NCBI GenBank assembly: GCA_904063045.1
Contig: CAJFCJ010000005.1
Coordinates: 2,970,165-3,034,164 of the forward strand
Length of the DNA: 64,000 nucleotides
Reading direction: 5' to 3'
Source of the DNA: Dimorphilus gyrociliatus
Lineage: Eukaryota > Animalia > Annelida
This document shows, in pieces, positions 25,201-38,217 of the stretch. The translations under genes were made by a program, and so were the position numbers. The notes under the pieces are model-generated. The model saw only the letters and a program-made list of their open reading frames with translations, did not search any database and was not told the DNA's origin. The stretch's first letter is position 1, and each line of letters opens with the position of its first letter.

Positions 25201-27257
25201 ATATGAAGTTTCTTTTTCCCTTGAATCTCTCCAAATGATTAATAACAAAACAGTCGCTCTCTAAACTATGATGTTCTAATTGTCCAAGGAACTCTATAAC
25301 TTGCTCAATACCTTGATTCAACTCGGAACAAATTTTATCATTTAGAAAGGAAATTTGATCTTTATTTAACAACCATTTGATTGCCTCTTCGGTTTCCTTT
25401 ATCTTATCACTTATTCCCAAGTTAATACTCTTCAGACCTTCTTTGTAGATGGAATATATCTTATTGGCGATTAGACCTGAATTTTCTACAACGAGGACAT
25501 ATGCTTCCGATTTAAAAGCTCTAATTAATTGTTTATTAGTATTTTCACGCCCTTCAATTATCAAATGAATTACCAATCTAGAAGTCATCTTCAGGTACAC
25601 TTCTACTTCTTCTCTTAACCTTTCTTCAATATCATTACCTTGGCAATTAATTACCAAATCATAAAACGAGGCTTGTAGGTTCGTTTTAAAATCATTTTTT
25701 ATGCAAAATATTTTGGTTTTTTCCGACCCGATAATAGAACTTTCAAAAGATGGAAGTGACCCATCGCAAAAAATCCATACAGATCTACTAAAGAACTTTT
25801 TCATAAATTCAGTAATAACTCGTGAAACTTGAACATCTGTCAATGATCCACTAAGACTTATACAAACTTCCGGTAAGATACCTTTTGTAAATCTTTTAGC
25901 TAAATATTGACAAATATGAAATGGAAAGAATTCAGTTTCGGATACGGATATTTCTAAATCATTTGTTATATAGTTATTACCAAATATAAATTTTAAGAAG
26001 TCTTCATGTCTATCCTCGTAAAACTCATACGAACAAAAGCATTCAAAGAAACGTATGCAATATTCCTTGTTATAATCTCTAGCGAATCTTGTTAAATAAT
26101 CTTTTAATTCTTCTCTTATTAATTTTAACTCTACTAAATTATTATTATAAAATTTAATAACTTGCTGAATTTCACTAGACAGGTACCCTTTGAAATTTTC
26201 AAAGCAGTTGCAAAATACTAAACAACCAATATAAACCTTTAAACTGTCTACATTATCGTTATCAGAAAAAGAGGAGAAGCGGCCAAACTGATCTATAACA
26301 TATAATTGCCAATCGGTATAATGATTCTCCTCTGTTTCGCCATAGATCAGTCGATCCAATTCATGATGATTATAAAAATTTAACGACATATTCGATTTAG
26401 AATGGTAGTAAGAGTAAAATTGTCTCAAGGCAAAATATTCAATACTATCAAGGATCAGAACACATTAACATTGAAATACAACAGTTTAATACTTATATCA
26501 ATAAGAATCTCGATTTTGGCGCGTATGTTTAAAATATTTTAAAATATTACAAAAATTATAATAACAAACTAAATACCATAATAGTAGCAGTGGCAGTTTT
26601 GGACTCTCCCCCTCCCCAGCATTCTCCGATATTGGGACATTTAGCTTCTTCACAAACCTTTTATAAATTGATTAGGCTTAATAATTAATGTTATAATTTT
26701 CTTAATATTAATTTATATTTAATATTTCTGAGTTTTATTTACCGTAGCTAGTTTTACATTTCTTAACCCTTTTTTAAGGTTATTATAGCTTTTTCCCATT
26801 GGTATTTTCGTCTTAAGCCATGGTGGTAATTTCAATCTGTACAGTAGTGAATAATTGTTTAGAAGGATAACACTTGTAATAGTAATAAGCAGGGTTATTG
26901 CGTCACCTTTTTCCTCCTTTTTCTTTTATCAAGTTTTCAGTATATTGGGTACTAGCACTACTCTGTTCAATAAAATCTGATAGACCAGGTCCATTAGATA
27001 GTTTTTCTTTTTGGGCAGAACTTAAAGATGATGTGAAGCGATATTTATTCTATAAGTTAATAATTTTATTCGTTATCGCCCTCTCATTTTTTTAATATTA
27101 CCCCTCTACCCGTTTACTTTGTAGTTTAAGTCAACTTCATTTAAAGATATATTAATTTTATATCAGTTAGTTCAATTGATAGACTTACAAGTATGGGTAT
27201 GGATGAGTTTAAGAGATATTTTTGGCCACCACTATTAATCGTCCTTGCAAAAGCCAT
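22201..27257 (-). CDS. LIAS: Mitochondrial lipoyl synthase, multi-exon, with a 3462-nt intron (23115-26576) hosting a nested gene
   Basis: Exons: [10 protein letters not shown]... | ...NGPGLSDF... | [12 protein letters not shown]... | [27 protein letters not shown] (ends 26577) | [16 protein letters not shown] (starts 23114) ... [45 protein letters not shown]. Both Cys motifs are present and the splice junctions are in phase. Confidence 0.96.
23166..26389 (-). CDS. Intronless divergent TRPM-like cation channel, split by one -1 frameshift (functional gene, assembly error or pseudogene unresolved)
   Basis: The 5' ORF has TRPM MHR motifs ([35 protein letters not shown]). The 3' ORF has [32 protein letters not shown], hydrophobic S1-S6, [21 protein letters not shown], a TRP box-like IWMSQM...LPPPLN and a terminal coiled coil. 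The first ATG is at 26389, and the restored length is about 1074 aa. Confidence 0.85.
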
Positions 27258-27555
27258 AATTACCAGTTTATACAGACGAAAGTTTCTCCAACTAATAGCA
27301 GACGATTGCGGTTATGCAGATATTACATTCAATTTGTTATTTAAAAAATATTTAAATCTATTATCAAATTCTCTAAAATTCCTTTGCAAAACTATACAAG
27401 AAGATATCAAAAAAAGAAACTGTGATTGACATATTTAAAATCAAGAAAAATTGATTTAAAGTCACGCTTGATAGATACTCATCCGATCCATCTCAAACTA
27501 GCAAAGCAATTCGGATGTTGGAATAGTATTTAGTTTCATAAATTAATAAATAATA

Positions 27556-30207
27556 ATGGCCAGTGAAGAGGAAAAAGTTAATATCATTCAACTGAGCTTG
27601 GATTTAATTGAGGAATACGAGAAAACGCCCTCGTCCTCTTTGATAACTGATTATATAGACAATCTGCTGAATAATCCCGCTATTGATAGACAAATCCTTC
27701 CAGACTTTATTGAAGGTAGCTGTTATTTTTAAAAGTTATATATTTTGACAATGTTTATAATTAAGTTGTATAAAAGCGATATTTCATTCAATGATAATAT
27801 GATTCAGAATGACTAAGGAATGAGGCAAAACGAGAATGATACGATGACGAGTATCTTTTGTACTCTTCCGGCTATCTATTAAAACTAATTAACGTTATAC
27901 ATGAAAATAATCTATTACTTTCTATTTTATCATAGAAATGTCATGGATTAACGTAACGAGACCGATAAAGAAAGAAGATTTTGCTGGCAAATTGCTTATC
28001 GTTGATTTTTTCACTTACTGCTGTATAAACTGTATTCACATACTGCCTATCCTGAAGGAAATTGAAAAAATTTGGGAAAAAGAAAATAATATTCAAGTTA
28101 TTGGCGTTCATTCAGCCAAATTTCCAAATGAAAAACAATCTAAAAGCGTTATCGATGCCGTTCAAAGATACAACATAGAACATCCCGTATTAAATGATAG
28201 CGAAATGCGTTTATGGTCGGAGATGAATATTAGCTGCTGGCCAACTGTTGTATTATTTTCGCATGACCTAAAAGCTTTATTATATATTTTTGGTAAGATT
28301 AATATAAAATCTTGGCATAGCCTAAGCTAAATATTATTTTTAATTAAAGGTGAAAATCATGAAAATCTCCTTAAAGAATTTATTAAAATAGCTTTTAATC
28401 ATTTACAACTACGTCATAATGTTACTCGTCAAATACCTGTTAAAGTGGACTATATATCGAGAAAATCTTCCGACTTGTCTTATCCGGGAAAAGTTTTCGT
28501 AGACGATGAGTACATTATGATAAGTAATTCCAGACGTAATAAGATAATCATCACAGATCATTTGGGTTCCATAAAGGTATTGATAATTAATTGCTTATCA
28601 TTGCTCCTATATATTAAATCGTTTGCGATTAATTAATGGTAGCATCACATCGGATCCGGATTAAATGGTGACAAAGACGGAAATTTTCAAACTTGTTCCT
28701 TTTCCAATCCTCAAGGTTTGGTTAGACATGGAAATGTGATATTTATAGCAGATACGGGGAATAATAAAATTCGAAAGGTTTGTCGAGATAGCATAATTTT
28801 CATGATAAGACTTGTTTTCATATCGTATATTTAATATAGATAAATTTAGATTCGGGAAGAGTAACGTCTCTACCAAATTGCAAAAAGTTTGGCAAATGTT
28901 CACCATGGGATTTATATTTAACAAAAGACTATTTAGTTGTTGCAATGTCGGGAATCCATCAGCTTTGGGCTTATACTTTAAATAATTGTGTAATTTTAGG
29001 AGAAAATCTTAGAGAAAATTCTTGGTGTCACTTGTGCGGTACTGGAGAGGAAGGTGCTAAAAATAATCTCTATCCCAAATCGGCTACTTTAGCACAGCCA
29101 TCAGGCGTAACTGTCTTCAATGATCTAATTGTCTTCGCCGACAGTGAAAGTTCTTCCATTAGAAGTTTTTCTTTACAAAATGGATCTGTAAAAAATATTG
29201 TTGGGGGCGATATAAATCCATCAGTAAGTAATAAAAAAGAATTTTTAACATAGAAAATCAATTTATTCTCTGATTATTAAAAAAATATATCATTTTAGAA
29301 TTTATTCGCTTTTGGTGACATAGACGGAAAAGGTCAAAAAGTGAAATTACAGCATCCAATGAGCGTTTCAGTCAGCAATGAAAAAAATATTATTATTGCC
29401 GATAGCTACAATAATAAGGTTCATATTTACCCAACAAAAAAAAAATATCATTCTTACTATAGTAACAAATCAGACGTTTAATATTTATTTTCTTTTATCT
29501 TTATCTTCCTGTTCTAGTTAAAAGAAATTGATGTAAAAGAAAGAGAGTGTAGAACAATCGATATTGAAGGTTTAAACGAACCTGGCGGCTTATCGGTTTA
29601 TAAAGATCAAATTTTTATTGCCGATACTAATAATCATTGTATTAAAATTTATGATAAATTAACAAAACAATTGGAAAAGGTGAATATTTATTTAAAATAT
29701 GACTATTTCTTCATTATAACAAATTATACTCTTTTCTTTTGAAGATGGAATTATCAGATGGTTTAAATAATAATAAAAGATTAAAATTACCTCAAAAGAA
29801 TACAAGAAACGTCAATTTAGGATCTTTAACTGTTAAAAAAAATATTAAAATGTGCTTTAATATTCAATTATTTAATCATGAATTGAATAAGGATGCACCT
29901 AATATGTGGAGTTTAACTACAAAAGGTTTACATTTTTACTTTGATTATTAATAAGTCTATTTTTAAGTTATGATTATTTGCTTTAAAAATTTTAGGATCT
30001 TCAAAATCTGGAACCTTGGAGCATGTTCAACAAGAATTAAATATTCGTTTAGATGGAGAGGATAAAATTGATTTCGAAATGGATACATTATTGTATTTAT
30101 GCCATGAAGGAGCTTGTGAGCTCTACGGTTTATCATTTACAGGAACTTTAAATGTTCTTGAAGAAACTGGAAGAGATAGTATTGATCTTCATTATTCGTT
30201 TGCATAA
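27556..30207 (+). CDS. NHLRC2: NHL repeat-containing protein 2 (thioredoxin-like + NHL beta-propeller), multi-exon
   Basis: GKLLIVDFFTYCCINCIHILP, IGVHSAKFPNEK, ISCWPT, YPGKV, IADTGN, AMSGIHQLW, LAQPSG, FADSESSSIR, LQHPM, LNEPGGL, YLCHEGAC. It is head-to-head with LIAS, with 298 nt between start codons. Confidence 0.94.
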
Positions 30208-30754
30208 TTAGAGTTTATCCGTTAAATACTAAAACAACTATTATGATTATTTCTTAAAAAAGCTTGAATTTTTTAGATTTAGTTTTTAAATACTCAAGCT
30301 GAGCAATAAACAATTAGATCTCTATTCCGTCTTATAACATAAGTATTTCTTATGGATATTTGTTTGTCCACTTGGAAAATACATTCATTCCAAGTTGACT
30401 TTTAGAATTTTTAAAAGTAAAAACTAATGTTTTAGTTTTTATTTAAAATATTTAGGTCGAATCTTTTTGAATAAATGCTTTAGGAATTTGTTATTTGTTT
30501 AATAATCAATTTAACAATATTTAACGAATAGAATTCGAAAACTTAGTATTGAGATTGAAAATATTACAGTTGTTTTTCTACATTTGGAATATATTTCCTA
30601 AACCAGTTTACCTGACCGGAAATAGCTGTATCTCAGTTAGCAGACGACGCATAAACAACATTCCTGAGGTTGTTCGAATTCAATATTCGGAACAACTATA
30701 TTTTCTTAAAAATTCCAATAATTTACTTTGTTCAAGCCATAAAACTGTAGCAAA

Positions 30755-33250
30755 ATGTCTACGGAAAAGTTAAAATATATTATAAGCCAGCTGTCTCAGC
30801 CACCTTTCAAGAAAACGTACAATATGATTAGTTTCAACAACTTGGAACCTTTGCAACTTCTGCAAGTGGTATCTGATGTTCTAGCTGAAATAGATTCACA
30901 GGTTGGAGTATACAGCATGGAATAACTATATCATAATTCCTATTATAATAATCATGTTATCAACAGCATAATGTAGATATTCGAGAAGAAGCGGCCGAGG
31001 ACACAGCTATAAGAATATTTAATTTTCTTAAAATTATGAAATATAGGCATCCTGGTGGAGAGGAAGAACAGTAAATATAGCATAGTTCTTATTTAGAGTA
31101 AATTTCAGTACATTTTTTATTTTATTCAATCAAGATCAAGATTTAGACAAGGGCTTGTTTCTGGTGACAAACCTATTATTTATGTTATCCTGGAATGGTT
31201 ATTATCCAGAATTGATGACTTGAAAAAAAGAGCTTATCTGGCAAAGTACTTGGTTAAAATTAACATTCCCCCTGAATTTATGCAGGACGATGAAGTAACT
31301 GATTTGTTTACGCAAGTAAGAATTTAGTTTTTAAAGAAAATATTCATTTTCCTTTCTAAATATAAAAATTACGAAATATTATAGTATTCAGCTTACATGG
31401 AAGAGTTTAAAGAAATTCATAAACAAGTTGAACAGCTACGATCCAGTGGTTTTAATACTGATGATATAAAAAGGGATATTGCGAGTATGGAGGATGAAAA
31501 GGAGCAATTAATGAGAAGAGTTGATAAGCTAAAAAAAAAGGTTGAAGGGGCACCAAACTCTGGTCCAATGTTGGCCGTTGCCCGTAAACTTCATGAAGAG
31601 AAGGATAGAGAGGCTAAATTAAATCAGCAAAAGTTAGAAGAAAAGAATTTGGTAAATAGAAAAACTTCATTTTCTATGTTAAATAAATAAAATATATCGC
31701 TACAGCTGATACATTGCGATCAACGAATAAGCAGGCTCCAAAACCAATTAAAGGATGCTCGACAGACATCAATTGGAGCAACTCCTCAATGTTTGTAAAA
31801 TAATTTAAAGTTACATCTTTCGAATCATAAACTATGTGTATAAATAGCTCTACTGCAAAGAATAGAAGAAGAAAATAAGACAAATACTTATTTAGTTAAA
31901 GATAAACTACCTAAGGAAATATCAATACTGAAGAAGACAGTTAACGATTTACAAAAAGTGGTATCCGAACCAGCCATGGGTCAATCAGATTTAGAAAATA
32001 TAAATAGACAAATAAAGGAGACTAATGCTGAAATCAATCAATTGATTGAAAAGAGAATGGTATCGGGTGACCCACTTGATGATAAACTATCCCTTTTTCG
32101 ACAACAGGTTCATTTATATAGCCTAATTATATATTTCCTCCTTTATTCATCTAAAGTTTATTCGTTTAACTTTATAGGCAGCTATCATTGCTAGAAAGAA
32201 GGAAACAGCTGCTGAAAGCCTTAGAGAAGCGAGAGAAGAGATTCATTCGGCACAAATTGAAATAGAAGAAAAGAGGAATCTTTTAAATGCCAATTCGGGT
32301 GAGGAGGTCTTAAAGGGAGATGAGGTAAAGAATAAGAGATTAGTATTCAAAATTTTCAATAGCTAATCCTTGAAAATCTCCAGTTCAAGCGATATGTGAA
32401 TAATTTGAGAACCAAGAGCACTACTTATAAGAAAAAGAGGGCCGAACTTGCAGAATTAAGATCTGAGCTGGGAGTTCTTGGTAGAACGGAAGAAATTCTC
32501 AAAAATCGTCATCATGATATTCAAAGGCAATTGGGAAAAATTGAAAAAAAGCATGGTGTTTCGGGATTTAGAGAAACTCAAGAAAAATTGGAAAACATCT
32601 CAGGTGCCAAGCAAGAAGTTGACGAAATGAAGGGGAAAACTTTGGAAGATATTTCTGTTATGGTCAAAAAGTTTAATAACAAAATTGCTGAAAAGAAAAA
32701 TAGTCTAGCTCCTATTATAAAAGAACTTAGACCTTTGAGACAAAAAGCTCAGGAGATGCAAGCAGAGCACGATCAGCATAAGAGAGTTTATGATACACAA
32801 GCTGCTGGATTCGAAAGTAATAGATCAAAGTTGGAACAAGAGGTTAGAGCTCTAAGAGAAGAGTGTTCAGCAGAAGAGTCAAGATTGCATTATTTGAATA
32901 TCATGCGAGAAATAACAAGTTCTCAGCAAGAACGTATAAACGCCGAAATGAAATTATATACTTCTAGTAATATGCAAGAAAAGAAGAGATCTCTTCGCGA
33001 TCAGTTCACAAGAAAGATCCAGGATCAGGAAAATCTTGGTAAAAGTTTAAGGGAGAAGCAAAAATCCATTAAAGAAGGACATAGTGGCAACTTGAATCAA
33101 ATGTCAATGTGGAGAGATTTTCAAAGGATAATGGATATGAAATTATCCTTAAGTGGTCTAGGGTCTGGAGATGGCTCTGGACAACAGTCTGGATCGAAAT
33201 TCAGTGCAACTGAAGCGGACGCGCTGGCTGCAGATCAATTAGTTTTGTAA
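30755..33250 (+). CDS. IFT81: Intraflagellar transport protein 81, multi-exon
   Basis: N-terminus [47 protein letters not shown], then [40 protein letters not shown], and [13 protein letters not shown]. Confidence 0.96.
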
Positions 33251-33411
33251 TAGATTATTTAACTTTACATTGTCTTAAGTCCCTTCACTTTTTTCGTTAT
33301 AATATTTTATTTTATTCATAATTATTTATAATTTATATTATATATTTCCGTTATTTTTTATTCATTTATCTCTCACCAAACGTCTAAAATACACGCGTTT
33401 CAAAAAGCAGT

Positions 33412-34568
33412 TTACGAAATGTTTGAAAACTGAGTAAAATATGGGGGTTGGTCGTCCTCTGTTATACTTTTTAGGGTATCGAATGGAGACGTTTGTGGGA
33501 CGTAGGGATTCGATAAAGGATAAGTTATTGGATTGCATCGTTGAGTAGGATCATTTAAAAATGGCCATTGGTCATTTCTCCCTTGACTCATTCTTCCAAG
33601 GGTAGCCGGATTGGGCTGAGGATAATATGACGTTTGTGTAGATTGTCCTTGATGGGTAACATAACCCGGATAAACTGAGGCTATTTTTATAGTAAAAAAT
33701 GTTAAGAAATATCTTAAATTGTACAAAAATTTGTTGTTAAATAGTAAACATACCCATAGAACTTGTATAATAGTATTTCCTCATTGGGCTCTCCTTCTTT
33801 CTCCACTTGGCACGGCGATTTTGAAACCAGACTTGAACTCTAGCTTCATTTAATCCAATTCGATTGGCAAGATCTTCCCTAGTAAAGGCATCTGGATAAG
33901 GAGCTTTTTCAAAAGCTCTTTCCATTTCTTCCAATTGACCTGACGAAAAAGTCGTCCTATGTCGAGTTTTCTTTTTTTTAGTTTGTTCTTCTTTAGTTTC
34001 AACCATTGAAGTATCAGAAAAAGAGTTACTATTAACGAATTGATTCGTATTTTCGTTCAAACTGCTTGAACAAGTTGAAAATACGCACTGCGTAGGTAAT
34101 ATAAGTTTATTGTTGGCGTTAGGATCCTTATCATTACCACCTGTTACTCGTTCAATTTTATCCAGTTTTACCCTTTGATCACTATCAACTGAAACTTAAA
34201 TATAAGGGGGTAAAATGACGAAAGATTATATAGCGTAATTCAAAGCAAGGGGGTATAGAAATTGTGAAAAAGTAAAAAGAAGTATATACAATATACTGTA
34301 CATAAACTTTATATACACATATCATGTGCATGCAGTTTGTACAGTAAATATATATTTATGTACAATATATACAACATATGTATATACAGTCTATATTCTA
34401 TATATGTACATATTTACATCATACAAACAACACATAAACAGGATATTTATATAAATCAAAATAGCACTTACCACTGTTTAATAGCTGTTGTTGTCCTTCG
34501 TCAGTTAAGATATCATCTATTCCGTGAGGAGTGATTCCTAGCGGACCGAGTATTGAATTATCTGACAT
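33412..34568 (-). CDS. repo: Paired-like (Q50) homeobox transcription factor, Repo-like, 3 exons
   Basis: Homeodomain [67 protein letters not shown]. The APYPD signature and flanking KKKT/PxRK resemble Drosophila Repo, recalled from memory. Exon 1 (34568-34472) is [21 protein letters not shown]..., and the introns are phase 1. Confidence 0.7.
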
Positions 34569-37141
34569 GAGGCCAAATGATCAAAAGAGTTAATTCTTCT
34601 TTATTCGATAGAATAAAGGGATAAGTAAATAATGAACAAGCTAACACAAACTTTGCATACGCAAGTGTACAAAACGTACAATATCCGCAATGTAAAATGA
34701 TTGGACAATACTACGCGTGCAAGTTTATAAGTAATGACTTATTATAATTGTAATTATAATAATAAAAGTAATTACGATCTATAATCATTGTTAAGAGTTG
34801 ATTTGTATAAATTGTGTAGTTACTTTCATTTTGTGTAATTTGGATCAATTGTCGTATAGTGGTATTAGATATAGGTATAATTCCTTATCCGACAGAAACA
34901 GATCGAGGAGAGAGGGTGATTTTGATAGAGCAATAGGAATATATACAGATATATATATATATATATATACATTAACATATATAGAAGAGAGAGAGAGAGG
35001 GGGGAGAGAGGGAGAGGAATAATAAAACATATTTATATATATATTTATGAATACTGTATATTAGAAAATATCCGTAAATGTTTCTAAACAGTATATCTTT
35101 CATCTTTCCATTAGTTTGTTATACTATATTTTTTCTACAAAAGGAAATCAATATTCAATTTAAAAGAAATTAAATATAAGAAGTCTTAAACCGTTTGATT
35201 GTTTCTTTACCTATAATAATAAAATAAGCACGAAAGTATATTTAAGCCTGTATATTCAATATTTTAATACTCATATACATATACAGTACATATTTTATTT
35301 CATTTCTCCTAAAGTCACCTACATATTCACTTTCATCCCATTAGCGTTAAATAAATTAATGAAATGGTAGATAAAATCCTTCCAGTTTACTGTTATTTCT
35401 TTAAATTTCAGAAAAAAAAGAATTCAATTGTCCCTATTTCTACATTCTTAACACGATGGCTTTATCAGGCCTTGTCATCATCCCTTTCTTTCTATGTATA
35501 TTTGTATATATAATATATATACTGTATATAGTGTATAGTATATAGTAGATATAAATTACACACAAATGGTCACATACACATATACACACCACTCTTTCTC
35601 TCGTCTGCATCCCGGATAATTATTTAATCACATTTTAATATGATACCCACATATATTCTAGAAATAAATCATTTTTGAAATTATTATCAATAAAAATACT
35701 AAATTATTATTACTACTACTAATTTAAATTCTTATTTAATGTTGAAAATTTGATGCTCTTCAATTCAGTAAAATCTTTAAACTAAAGATATATTTAATAC
35801 CGAAAGTAGTGTATTACATATTTTTGTTTGTATATGTAATTTATGATCTAAATACAGATATACACATGTAGATATATACTTTGTATATTAATATATTTTA
35901 TTTTATAGACGGTTCATAGATTACGAAATTATTAATAATTTAAATATTAACATTGTGGGTTAAACTATGATAATATCTTTAGTATCATACTAAATTAATC
36001 TTTCCCCTATTATTTTCTCTACTACATTAGTATTATCATGTTTTTTTCTCAATTTTTATCTCTTTTCAGACTGAACAAAATTTTAGTTGGTCCCTGTTTT
36101 TGTTTGTACCACTTCTTTTCTTGCAGGATTTGCAGTATGAATAGGATTTAGCATATTTAAAAATATGAGTTCCATTTACATGGTAAATCCGTTGGGCAAT
36201 TTTCCTTTCATGCTTTCACAATATCAAGTAGTAATTCATTTTAAACTGTTTATTTATTGTATAGAAAAAATATCCATCAACAGAGTTGTTTTCTTTTCTA
36301 AATTTGTTTGAAAACTTGCAAATCTTTTAAATGTAAAATTATTAATAAATCAGATATATTCTGATTGTAATACTATGTAATTTTGGGCTAATGGTAAGTT
36401 CAATCAGAAATATAAATCTTTATAAAGTGCACTGTACCAATAAATATATTTATATAAGTTATATAATATACAATTCATGTACTCTTGTAACAGTTTTAAT
36501 AGATATGACAACGTTTACAAATTAACTATTGGTTTTAAAAATAATGCCATAAAATGATTATTGTATTTTTTATGAGTTCAATTATTTTTAAATATAGCTT
36601 CTTAGAATTATATGATAGGTTGAAAATAATCAATTTTATCAGCGAAAAGAACCTCATTTCTAGTCTTTAAAAATATGTATTATCTATTAGAAATTATCGC
36701 TTTTCCAGTTACCCAGCCAATGTTGATTAAACTATTATTAAGTTAAATCAATACCCAGGTTAAAATAAGTACCTTTCGTATTGTCCTTTAATAAAGATTT
36801 CTTCGTAATGTATGAAACTAATTATTAATAATTGTGCAACATTCTCCTCTTACAGATGCACTCAGTTTAATTTTTTGTATTAACCTAAATTCTTTATCGA
36901 TTAAATTAGAGAAGACTATGACAAAAAATGGCAGAAGAAGGTTTATGAATAGAAAAAAAAACCTATTAATATATTATATATTCCCTATAATTACATCAGA
37001 CATCTTTGATCCTGAAATAATAAAAAGCATCTATATTTTAATTATGGCAAAGCGTATAAGAAAAATTATTCTTTGATATAATTAGAGAAACTTGTCTGTA
37101 TTAAACAAAACTATTAGTAGCCTTATGGTAAGAATGCTACA

Positions 37142-37929
37142 TCAACAAGTAAAGTCTACCAGATGACTTATAGTTGACACGTTATCTTTTTCACGTCGTT
37201 CGTATACTCTTTTGATACCTTTATTGTTTCGTAAATTCTCTGTAGTCTGGCCAAAACTTTCCCAAAGTTCATTGAATCTATTAAAAGTGGAAAAAGTATA
37301 ATTTTTATACAGGCCTAATATTATACACACCTAGATATGAAACAATCTACCAAGTGTTTTTCAGAACTAATCATAACATTCTCATGATTACCTATTACAG
37401 CTGTTCTTGTCCAGTTAAAAGAACCGTTAATAACTGTTGTATCATCAACAATAGCAAATTTATGATGCATAAAAAATGAAGATGAATCGAATCGAACAGG
37501 TATTCCTCTTTTAAAGAATTTTATAATTTGAGAATTTGTAGCTCCTTTCATCTCTCCATCTGTTATTACGCGCACACGAGCCCCTCTTTTATGAATTAGG
37601 CATACAATATCAGTAAGTTCTGGTGAGCATATAGCATATACGCATATATCAAGTGTGTGCTTAGTCATCATTAAAATTTCTATTAGTTGAGAGAAAGATG
37701 AATGTTCATGACTAAATCCACAAGCCACATTTGAACAGCCTCCAGGATTAATTAAGTTAAGTATACAGCATATCTTATTATCTGGAAAGAATATCACTCT
37801 AGTAGATGATTCAGATTTGGATTTCTTTCTTTGTATTATTGCTTTATTAATAATCTTTATCAAACCAAGACTGGAAGCCAAAACTATGGCGCAAGATCCT
37901 AAAGTCTGAATAAGTCTTTTTGGGAACAT
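37142..37929 (-). CDS. PLD6: Mitochondrial cardiolipin hydrolase / zucchini nuclease (PLD6), 2 exons
   Basis: N-terminal hydrophobic anchor, CCCH-like C..C...C...H segment, LDICVYAI, RVRVITD, HKD motif MHHKFAIVD, GSFNWT...NHEN. Exon 2 begins RFNELWESF. Confidence 0.93.
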
Positions 37930-38207
37930 TTTCCAGATTTAAAGTAGCAATCTTCAAAGATTGTTAAAAGTTCTATGTTTTATGACGATGTAACTTTCTG
38001 TCAGCTCAATTTGTCTTCGAAATTCAAAAACTATCAAACTGTAATAAAGCAAGCCTTTATAAAAATTACAACTCTAAACATATATATTAATACTTGTATG
38101 ATACTTTATACGATGGAAGTATTCTGGTTATTATATAAAAGTAGTACAGACTCTGTGAAATGTTAAGTAGAGTATCATAATGGATGAAGAAAATATTTCA
38201 AAACGTC

Positions 38208-38217
38208 ACCGGAAGTG
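38208..38217 (+). promoter_or_regulatory. ETS-type motif ACCGGAAGTG in the divergent PLD6/THAP-ZF intergenic region
   Basis: Exact match to the CCGGAAGT ETS consensus, lying between two divergent start codons. Confidence 0.4.

Noticed and set aside
25029-25240. A small intron joining the two TRPM ORFs
   Set aside because: The candidate GT-AG pairs I tested (34, 36, 63 and 76 nt) do not restore the needed frame, and the donors are poor.
26420-26576. In-frame LIAS-TRPM fusion by splicing the LIAS donor (26576) into the TRPM ORF
   Set aside because: The donor is phase 0, while the two nearest AG acceptors upstream of the TRPM ATG are both phase 2, so they give no in-frame fusion.
27717-27936. 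C/D snoRNA in the longer first intron of NHLRC2
   Set aside because: There are ATGA-rich words and a small hairpin, but no properly paired C box (RTGATGA) and D box (CTGA) on the host strand.
30560-30755. RFX X-box upstream of the ciliary gene IFT81
   Set aside because: Only a half-site-like GTATCT is present, with no convincing full palindromic X-box.
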